64,000 nucleotides of DNA. Source: Perkinsus chesapeaki ATCC PRA-425. Lineage: Eukaryota; Protista; Perkinsozoa. The notes beneath the pieces are model-generated. The model did not search any database, was not told where the DNA came from, and was given only the letters and a program-made list of their open reading frames with translations. The translations under genes were made by a program, and so were the position numbers. Where the stretch lies: assembly GCA_013115145.1 (NCBI GenBank), contig JAAPAO010000095.1, positions 16,005 through 80,004 of the forward strand, written 5' to 3'. This document shows, one piece after another, positions 21,090 to 31,100 of this stretch; positions within the stretch are counted from its first letter, which is position 1, and each line of letters opens with the position of its first letter.

Positions 21090-22542
21090 AGACAAGTATC
21101 CAGCAGCCATTTTAGAATGTCAGTCAGTTACTGATCACACAGGAAGTCCATTATGCAGTAGTTCATCATTGTCAATACATTTTACAATTTATCGTATCTC
21201 ATCATTACCGCCGAGGTTGTACAACAACCAAGACTGTTCCTTATGTTGTGTATCACTTAACAGTTCCTTCTTGTGATGTTACACAAGTATCTAGAGAGAT
21301 TACCATGTCTTGAGTTCTAACAGTTGTAACAAGAATCCGTTGACTCCGAGGCCAATACGCGACAAAGATTGATGAAACGAAGAGTGGTATGATACTACCG
21401 ACTACGAGCTTTCATGACGAGCGCTGCTAATAGTCAGAATACGGAGAATGCCATGGCGGATGAAGCTTAAGAATGGTCGAGTTTTTGATGCAACTACGTT
21501 AGTCCATCTTCCACATGCAACAATCCTCCTGCAGCGACTCCTTGGTAGTGACCGTCTCACACAAAGCGACGCGCCGGGAAGTTGCGGGGAGCGGCGCGTG
21601 ATCTAGAAGCGTCACGTCTTGGTGTCACCGTGAGACGTATTGAAAAAGGCTAATAGAAATTGCTACGGCAACTGTTGGGACCAACCGTGTCAACTACACT
21701 ATTTCAGTCTCCTCTTTTACCGACTAGCCCTTCATGTATCACATCCTAACTCTTCTACTTGCCGCGTATGCAGCTGCTCAAGACCTCTATGATGACAAGA
21801 CTATTCTTTCGGTTACTTCTGATGATTCCCTGGTTGACATCCGTACCATCCCAGATCTTCTTGCTCGTGCTGGCCAACAAGGAAACCCGAAGATCGCCAC
21901 CTTTCTCTCCAACGCTCGCATCGAGACGTTGAAGTTTGCCCAGTGTCAAATTGCTCATACTACTATTAGCTCGGTGACTAATGATGAGCTCTGCGAATAC
22001 TTGCATGAAGCTGGACGGCATCTACCAGGACTCGTGGTGACATGTACTAGAAACATCGGTGGCGAGGAGGCCAATGTTCGTGATGAGCTCCACGTTAATG
22101 ACCCACAAGCAATACGACAGAGCCAGCTGGCCCGTATGAGAATGGGTGAGGTCTGGCAACTTCTCCAGGAGTATCCTCGCAGAGAAGTTAAAGTGGCTGT
22201 TCTTGATCACGGTGTAAACTTTACTGACCCAGACCTGGCACCTTTGAGGGGATCCTCCGTAACAAGCGATGGAAAGGATATCTATGGCGGCTGGAACCTT
22301 ATAAATGACGATTCAGTCCTTACTCCAGGTGATGGTCATGGCCAGCGAGTGAGTCTCGTGCTCGCAGCGAAAGGGAATAATTCTGCCGGCATGGTTGGCG
22401 TTGCTCCTGACCATGTGCAATTGGTATCTTTACAGGTGTGCGGTATAAAAGGCTGTCCTGTTGATCTTCTAGTAAAAGCTATCGATATGGCAATAGATAT
22501 CTATGTCTCTGCGGTATTTCACACGTGATCTCAACTCCACCG
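21089..22542 (+). repeat. Segmental duplication, copy 1 (1454 bp; partner at 25582..27052)
   Basis: Manual comparison gives about 97-98% identity from GAGACAAGTAT to CTCAACTCCACCG. The only length difference is a 17-nt indel. Confidence 0.95.
21734..22542 (+). pseudogene. Truncated subtilisin (S8) copy lacking the oxyanion Asn and catalytic Ser
   Basis: Differs from 26227..27561 at 7 aa up to a 17-nt deletion, which causes a frameshift and TGA at 22526-22528. Homology ends at 22542. Confidence 0.9.
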
Positions 22543-22800
22543 TTATTCAGTCCCTTCCCTGATTGCTGCGTTAGGCTCTCTATTTTTCTTTGGAGTGGCC
22601 TACTACATGGCTGTAATATCTCACCGACGTAAAAGAGGTCTCATCAGCTCAATAGTAATGCGCTCTTCTAACCTAGATAATCCCTCTATTTAACGATGTC
22701 ATCGATCAGTGCCATTTCAGGCAGCGTTTGTGGGCCGTGGATCAGCGGCGTGCTGTACGATGACGATCCCCATTAGCACGCTTACCCTATTCTCTACGCA
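22543..22800 (+). pseudogene. 3' remnant of an MFS transporter paralog
   Basis: GSLFFFGVAYYMAVISHRRKRGL and ISGVLYDDDPH*HAYP align with GCLLFSGIAYFINTIAPAGRRGL and VSGVLYDADPERRAYP of the downstream MFS gene. In-frame TAG at 22774-22776. Confidence 0.65.
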
Positions 22801-23170
22801 ATTCTGGCAATTCCATTGACTGGAGCCGTATCATGTAGGAAAGAGTCCGTATCGATCTTCAGGGTGTGCGAACCTATAGCTTAAGGTCATCCAATCATTT
22901 TTGTCCTCGAGGGCTGCGTGTCTGTGTCATGCGGCTGTTATGTTGGTCCGTTATCCCAACTTATTAATATTCCTGGCTATTTCAGGTATTGTTATCCATC
23001 GAACAGTGCGTTCTTCCGTGAGACACCACTAACGAATGACTCGTCTTTCGCGGCTCTTCGTAGCAGCAGTGTTTTTAGGTTTAGTCTGTTCAAGCTCACT
23101 CTCCCCACATAAAAAGAGTCCACGTCTCATGTATTTCGATGTTATGTTCTTCATAGGCTATTAGCTCATC

Positions 23171-25146
23171 ATGTTCAGCGTTCTCATTATTATCACTATG
23201 CTGGATACCCACAAAGGTCCTTTACCCATTGAGGAATATTATTCCCTTGCTCATTGGCAAAGGTTTCGTTATAGTATTATCCATCATCCGAGAAGAGTAG
23301 CAGAGGTAACACTGCTATATATAGCGGTTTTTGTTGAGTGGATGGGTTTAACCCTAGTAGCTCCATTAACTCCATGGTGAGGTTCTCTCTCTTCCTTCTC
23401 TACTCATCATTATCAAGGTTCATCCAGCGCCTGAGCCCAGACATGGATCCGGGTAAGGCAGCGTCAACGATGCTAGCTGCATACGCTGCTGGAACTACTA
23501 TAGGATCTCTTGTATCTGGTTCAATATCTGACAAGTGAGTAGCAGGATACGTTCTGACCTCTTCGAATCTCATTAGGGTTGGACGTCGCCCTGTCTTCTT
23601 GACTGGCCTGTTTCTGTATGCTGTTTCATATTTCCTTGCCGCTAATGCATGGGATCTTGCCAGCTTTGCTGGCTTTCGCGCTCTTGCCGGCTTCTCTGCA
23701 GGTATGCCTCGGAATCCCTCGTCCGTTGTACAATTGCTATGGTCTCAGGCACCCGACCAGTTTTTATGGCTTTTTTAGGGGATACTTGCCATCCCAAAGA
23801 CTTGACGTTCTATGGTATGCTTTTGTCGGTAGCAGTTAATGGTGGCATGTGCATTGGGCCGATTCTAGGTTGGTTAGTGTTTTGTCTAAAGGTGTATGTA
23901 ACTTCAGGTGGTGCCCTTGCTCTCTTCAACCTCACTTTTCCGCTTTACCTTTTTGGTGCCATAGCTTCCCTTATATTTGTATTGTTGTTATTCGTCCTAC
24001 GAGAATCACGACGGCCAGTTAATAAGAATGATCAAGCAGACTGTTTGAAAGGTAAGGGTCACTGAAAATCCATTAAAACTTCTTCCTTTTCAGGTCCTCC
24101 AGTCCGCGAAGAACGTAATAAATGGATGGTACCTACAATCATCTGTCTGGCGCTTATATCGTTCTCTATTCAGTGAGTCATAATAATATCGTCCAATACC
24201 TCATTAGACTTGCTTCTCTATTCTATAGCTGTGATTGTCTTAACTTTAGGTACCTCTTTACAGGTTGGTCCACGGTGTTTGGCGTCCTCGGAGTTGAAAG
24301 ATATAATCTTAACTCAGCTGAGAATGGGTTGGTATTTGGTATTGCTGGAATTTGTATGATATTAGTTAGTTTGTTATATGTTCCGCTGACAAGTAAGAGT
24401 AGCTTACCAGTTGCCAACTCCTATACTGTTACTATTAGGATACGTACTTAATCCAGCTTTAACGGGTGCAGTTGGAATGGCTATTTCTACTCTTTTGGTC
24501 ATTGAACCTTTCCTCTATAACATATACTGGGCCACGGCTGTTGGCACAGTTGTGGGAATTGGATGTAAGTAGGCGTTGCTCCATATTTTCAGTCGGTATG
24601 TATAGAATATTAATCGAACTTTTCAACTTATCCGACTGCCCAACAGTAGCGGGATGCTTTCGAGCGCACATCACCGCGGAAGCCATACTGTATTTAGTGG
24701 TCTGGCTCATTGTCTCTTCCCACAACAGTGACGACTTTCTCAATATGGGCCGCGATGTTTAACGGGTTATTCAAGATGGCCAATTAGTGGGTTCCGATTA
24801 TCAGGTTGTCTTCTCTTTTCTGGTATCGCTTATTTCATCAATACAATTGCCCCAGCAGGACGAAGAGGGCTTGTGAGTTCTTTTGTTATGACATCATCTA
24901 ACATCGGTAGGACATCGGTGAACGCTCCTTTAGGTCTTGCCTCAGGTGGAATAATCGGTCCGATTGTGAGCGGTGTACTGTATGACGCCGATCCAGAACG
25001 GAGGGCTTACCCTTTCTATGTGTTTCTGGGGTGCTCACTCTTAGCTCTGATACTTTGTAAGTTGTCATATTGACATTCAATCCCATTCTGCATTCCTAGG
25101 TATGGTCGTTGACCGTGGACTCAAATACACTGAATCACATCGTTAG
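23171..25146 (+). CDS. MFS transporter, DHA1/tetracycline-resistance-like; multi-exon
   Basis: MFS motif A GSISDK|VGRRPV, motif B FRALAGFSAG, and FLGDTCHPKDLTFYG..GGMCIGPILGG (motif C). Multiple TM helices. Stop at 25144-25146. Confidence 0.85.
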
Positions 25147-25581
25147 TGAAACCAAGACTGAAAGGATGTGTTTAGCTGTTAGCGACTACGTTTGCTTTCA
25201 TTCCTAATTCCGCTTATGATCCTACCAATATCGTCATTTGTTGTTCGCATCGCCGAGTTGTCGGTCTTGATGCTGTATTCTTAGATCCGCGATACCTTGC
25301 CGTGCTGTCTTACGCGGGTCGTACTACTTATTACCATAAAAGCATTATGTTTGACATAATGTACGAAACTTCTTCTGGGTATCCAAATTCTCACGTACAA
25401 CTCCAGAATTGTGTTGTAATCTCAAGGATATTGAGCTAACGGTCAGCCTGTCAGGAAGATGCCGGAAGTATTGCCCCCATAAATCTCGTATGTCGAGTTC
25501 ATTCACTGATTGGATCAGAGGGGCTTTCAACTTGAAAGTTTCAAGCGACTTACTAGACATTTGAGCTGCTTATTAGCTGCG

Positions 25582-27052
25582 GAGACAAGTATTCAGCAGC
25601 CATTTTCGAATGTCAGTCAGTTACTGATCACACAGGAAGTCCATTATGCAGTAGTTCATCATTGTCAATACATTTTACAATTTATCGTATCTCATCATTA
25701 CCGCCGAGGTTGTACAACAACCAAGACTGTTCCTTATGTTGTGTATCACTTAACAGTTCCTTCTTGTGATGTTACACAAGTATCTAGAGAGATTACCATG
25801 TCTTGAGTTCTAACAGTTGTAACAATAACTCGTTGACTCCGAGGCCAATACGCGAGAAAGATTGATAAAACGAAGAGTGGTATGATACTACCGACTACGA
25901 GCTTTCATGACGAGCGCTGCTAATAGTCAGAATACGGAGAATGCCATGGCGGATGAAGCTTAAGAATGGTCGAGTTTTTGATGCAACTACGTTAGTCCAT
26001 CTTCGACATGCAACAATGCTCCTGCAGCGACTCCTTGGTAGTGACCGTCTCACACAAAGCGACGTGCCGGGAAGTTGCGTGGAGCGGCGCGTGACCTAGA
26101 AGCGTCACGTCTTGGTGTCACCGCGAGACGTATTGAAAAAGGCTAATAGAAATTGCTGCGGCAACTGTTGGGACCAACCGTGTCAACTACACTATTTCAG
26201 TCTCCTCTTTTACCGACTAGCCCTTCATGTATCACATCCTAACTCTTCTACTTGCCGCGTATGCAGCTGCTCAAGACCTCTATGATGACAAGACTATTCT
26301 TTCGGTTACTTCTGATGATTCCCTGGTTGACATCCGTACCATCCCAGATCTTCTTGCTCGTGCTGGCCAACAAGGAAACCCGAAGATCGCCACCTTTCTC
26401 TCCAACGCTCGCATCGAGACGTTGAAGTTTGCCCAGTGTCAAATTGCTCATACTACTATTAGCTCGGTGACTAATGATGAGCTCTGCGAGTACTTGCATG
26501 AAGCTGGACGACATCTACCAGAACTCGTGGTGACATGCACTAGAAACATCGCTGGTGAGGTGGCCAATGTTCGTGATGAGCTCCATGTTAATGACCCACA
26601 AGCAATACGACAGAGCCAGCTGGTCCGTATGAGAATGGGTGAGGTCTGGCAACTTCTCCAGGAGTATCCTCGCAGAGAAGTTAAAGTGGCTGTTCTTGAT
26701 CACGGTGTAAACTTTACTGACCCAGACCTGGCACCTTTGAGGGGATCCTCCGTAACAAGCGATGGAAAGGTTATCTCTGGCGGCTGGAACCTTATAAATG
26801 ACGATTCAGTCCTTACCCCAGGTGATGGTCATGGCCAGCGAGTGAGTCTCGTGCTCGCAGCGAAAGGGAATAATTCTGCCGGCATGGTTGGCGTTGCTCC
26901 AGACCATGTGCAATTGGTATCTTTACAAGTGTGCGGTAAGAAAGGCTGCCCCGTTGATCTTCTAGTGAAAGCTATCGATATGGCAATAGATATCAGAGTT
27001 GGTGTGATATCTATGTCTCTGCGGTATTTCACACGTGATCTCAACTCCACCG
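25582..27052 (+). repeat. Segmental duplication, copy 2 (1471 bp)
   Basis: Partner of 21089..22542. Includes about 645 bp upstream of the gene plus the 5' 60% of the intact subtilisin. Confidence 0.95.
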
Positions 27053-27561
27053 AGTTCTCCCTCCTCCGCGCAGTACTCAGAAGAGCTCAGGAGCACAATG
27101 TTCTACTAGTTTCTGCAGCCGGCAACGAGAATATTGATGCCCATGAGTGTTACCCTTGCGCGTATGGAGGCCCTAACGCCATATGCGTGGCTGGACTAAG
27201 TGACGATGTGACCTATAATCTTTCAGAGCGTTCGAACTTTGGGGACATGGTTGACATCGCTGCTTTTGGCGAGCTCGTCTACGTTGGAGAGGATAGATTC
27301 GGGTATCCTAATTATCAGTCTGGTACATCTTATGCTGCTCCAATGGTAAGCGCTGCGGCTGCCATACTATTATCGTTGGGAGCCGAGCCATCCTCGGTCA
27401 AACGTACACTCTTGGCTGATGCTGACCAATTCGAAACTGCTGGTAAACCCCTAAGACCTGGTGGTGGTGCTTTAAATATCTTATCGTCAGTCGAGAGAGT
27501 CATTAGTATGAATAACCTTCGTCCTATTGCTACACCGGGAAATCTTCGTTATCGTTTATAA
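26227..27561 (+). CDS. Secreted subtilisin-like serine protease (S8), intronless, 444 aa
   Basis: Signal peptide and prodomain, then triad motifs VAVLDHG (D), GHGQRV (H) and GTSYAAP (S), plus the oxyanion motif AAGNE. Confidence 0.92.
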   Translation: MYHILTLLLAAYAAAQDLYDDKTILSVTSDDSLVDIRTIPDLLARAGQQGNPKIATFLSNARIETLKFAQCQIAHTTISSVTNDELCEYLHEAGRHLPELVVTCTRNIAGEVANVRDELHVNDPQAIRQSQLVRMRMGEVWQLLQEYPRREVKVAVLDHGVNFTDPDLAPLRGSSVTSDGKVISGGWNLINDDSVLTPGDGHGQRVSLVLAAKGNNSAGMVGVAPDHVQLVSLQVCGKKGCPVDLLVKAIDMAIDIRVGVISMSLRYFTRDLNSTEFSLLRAVLRRAQEHNVLLVSAAGNENIDAHECYPCAYGGPNAICVAGLSDDVTYNLSERSNFGDMVDIAAFGELVYVGEDRFGYPNYQSGTSYAAPMVSAAAAILLSLGAEPSSVKRTLLADADQFETAGKPLRPGGGALNILSSVERVISMNNLRPIATPGNLRYRL

Positions 27562-28166
27562 TCGTCCCCCGTGGAATCCAGCAAAGTTTTGGCTTCCTTT
27601 GTTCACTTAAAAGCAGAATCTGCTCGCTCGGCTGTCTCACGGCATGCTGTTGCACTTTCGACAAAACCATCGTTGCTCCAATATTCTGCTTCCAATTATT
27701 TTGAGTTTTATTCGTATAACGGATTTCAACACAAGTTCTTAAAGTGGAACTGATCTATCTCGTTTCACGGCATACTGCTTCGCTTCAGCAATTTCCAATG
27801 CTTTGCGTTCATGTTTAACAGACGTTAGTTACCTTTAATCTCGGTTCATAAAGAACGCGTACGAGTGTTTGTGTGCTTTCAAGCTGAATGATACCTCTTC
27901 TATCGCTTACCTTCCGTACTCGAAACATAACTACTTGATAACACAAACTTATGCATATCTCTCAATTGTACTCCAGCGATAGCAAATAGAAACAAATCAA
28001 CTTACCACAATACACTAGTTCATAACGATAATGAAACAGGCAGTGTAAGTGTGGGAACACAAGCTTAAATCTTACATTCAGCTGCAAATGGAGAATAAGG
28101 TAGCTCCGAGACAATAGGCATCCTAAAGAACGCATAACATGTATAAGATGATAAACAAGTATTACC

Positions 28167-31100
28167 TCAACCCACTGACTGCACAGAAACTTTATCTGCT
28201 GCACCATATCCAAGGGTACGATCACACTCTTGATCCATAGCAGGGAGGGAGTTAGTTGATCGAGCCCGCGGTCGCATGGGGACTTCTGCGCTACCAGCCA
28301 GATTTGCTGGCATCAAGCCAGCGTTGGCCTCAGTATTCTGCCTCGCCTCCTCATTGCCATCGTTGGCCTCAGTATTCTGCCTCGCCTCCTCATTGCCAGC
28401 GTTGGCATCAGTATTCGGGTGCTCATTGGATGATTGAGAGCCTGGTGGGGGAGGATGATTATCTAGCGGCCCCAACAAATCGGGATATGGTGGTTGATCA
28501 GTCCTGTGGGCTCCGTAGCCAGTAAGATCAGCCCCACCAACGGCTATAAGAGTCTCGGGAGATCTCAATATCTTAACAAGGCAGTTGTACATAGTAAATT
28601 CTCGGCGCATATCACCATACACCTGAGCAATCGCCACACCTCCAATGAGATCGAGTAGCTCCTGAGGGTTGGGGATCTCCGAATAGATGACCTTCTGGGA
28701 CGAGTCTTGGAACATCACACGAATAAACTGCCCAATAGCGTAGATAATTGTGACGTAGAAGCCCAAAATACCGAGAGACAGGAAACCACCAACTTCATTA
28801 CCACCAAAAACTTTGTCCAACATCAGAGTAAAACTAACACCATCAAAGCCGGAGTTTTCCGACCCAGAGCACACCACGCCTCCTCCTCCTCCAGGGCACG
28901 AGTCATATTGCGTACTGCCCATAGAAGCGAAAGGGTTTCCCTGTGAGCCACTGATGGAAGCCTCTAGGGAATACCACATGGTCGGGTCACTGAGGTAGCT
29001 ATTCCACGTGGCAGTGTTAGTGGTATCGATATGGATCACAGATGGACCGAAGTTAGGGAATAAAACTCGACTTGCCGGGTTTTCTACGACCGTACTTATG
29101 CTCTTTCTGAAATCCTCGAAATCGAGTGGGTAAGATCCCATCGAACAGTCGTCACATAAATTGCCGCTCGTTGGTACAACACTGGCATCACAGCCGCATA
29201 AGCCCATATCAAACTCGCCAGAGGAGGTGTAACCAACGCTATTAGAGCGCGACCAAGATACTGACAACTTCATTTCAACCCTAAGATTCTCAGCCAGACT
29301 ATCAGCACCCAATAAGTCAACGATTGACTTAACCTTATTGGGGCTCGCTTGTATCATTGAGGAGCTACCAAGTGGAAAGGTGATGTTTTGAACAGCAGCT
29401 TCGGTACTAACGCCCGGCTGAGTCTGTAAAAACTTCGTTGCCGCCGAGCCTGTAACAAGCCTAGAGTGCAGTATCGGGGCAGAATAGAGATCCTGGAATA
29501 TATAATAGGGAGACTCGCAGTCCCCTGCGCAGGTCTGGATATTCAACGACACCTTCATGGAAGCTTCGGTCACATAAGCATTCTTCGAGAACGGCGAAAA
29601 AGTGGAGAATATCATAATCGGTAAGACAATGATGATAACGAGGATGATTGTTAGGCCACAACCCGACATGCATTTCTCCCACCAGAACTTCTTGCGCTCT
29701 GCTGGCCAGTTCTCTCGGCGGTCATCCATCTCTTGCGACACATCCCAGAAGTTGTTGTGTGCGTCCTCCAAAAGGAAGTATTGTGAGAGGTCCAAAGACG
29801 TCGGCGTTACAGTCCAGTCGACTGTTGTTCGGACTTCCTGTAGGAAGGGGATGACTTTATAAATAGAGAAGGCGTAACCAGCTACAGTGTTGCGAATCGC
29901 ATTCCAGGACTTTGCCGGCCTCAGCGAATCATACCATATGCGAGGCACACCATCACGCAGCTGCTTTAGGGACACCACCAAATACTGTACGAATACGAGA
30001 TAGTATATCGACATGGCCCAGTTTTGAACAACTGGGGTGAAGGCTGAGGCATCGTTATTCGGTACCAGATTACACAGTATTGTAATATGAAGGGCGAGTA
30101 TTATAGCGATTAAAAGTATAACACGAAAGATGAACCACCCCATAGCAGTTCGAGTGGTCTTTCTCTTCACAGAGTCTCGGCACAGGTCTATAGATGTATC
30201 GTTCAGATTGTCCCCCGCAGTGAAAGGAGTATCTACGTGAGACAAATCAACATCGATAGTGCCCGTATCACTCATGCAGCTTGCACGGTAATAGGCTCGG
30301 TCGAGCACGATCAACACCAAGTGGCTTATCATTAAGACCGCGAGTGATGCCGAGAACTTGTTGGATTTGAGCGCACCGAGAACATCCTCACCGGTATCAC
30401 CCGACATCTGGTGGTAAGTCAAAATACACCATACCCATAGAAATAGAGCCAACAGAAACATCGGAATGTAGTAGTCACAGCCAACCTTGTGCGCAGCAAA
30501 TGGATCTATATAATCGAAGATCTTAGCCAGCCAGTCGGTTCGGCGTGACCCCGCAATCGCGATGGGCAGAGCCTCTTGTTCATAGTGAGTGAGCCTCAGA
30601 GTCTCGTTATTAGCATACACTGCCTGGGCCAGCCAACGCATTCGCCGATAACCATCGATAAGCTTACTAACTCCAACTAGATCACTAGACCAAACGGGAA
30701 CACATCGTCCTTGAACGTCTTCGTCACACATGTAACGGGAAGTCGCGTATCGACTTAACTCAGCATAGCCCACTGAGGTCAAAGGGACACCGTCAAGGTC
30801 GACGAAGGAGCCTATCGAGGTGGATGTTGCACTTATGTAGTCCGAGTCACTAACTGACGATGAGCCCAAAGACTGGAACACTGTAGTGGTACGCCGCATA
30901 GGGACATCGTCCCCGCAGGTTAAAAGGCCGGCCCCCTCGCTAGTGTCCACTGGTGCAGGGTTCATCTCATGCTCGACATCCTCCAAGGAGTCGGGGTCGA
31001 ATACACCCATGTAATCACGTGGGACCAAGATGGCTGAAGATTCCTTATGGGGATCGGCGACCTCAACAAAGTCCCAGAGTCCACACAGCTGCAGGGACCA

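Noticed and set aside
21553-21637. 8-bp inverted repeat (CGTCTCAC..GTGAGACG) upstream of subtilisin as a MITE or operator
   Set aside because: Short enough to arise by chance, and disrupted (GCGAGACG) in the duplicate upstream of the intact gene.
25345-25806. Short ORFs between the MFS gene and subtilisin
   Set aside because: No recognisable motifs, frequent stops, and they straddle the duplication breakpoint.
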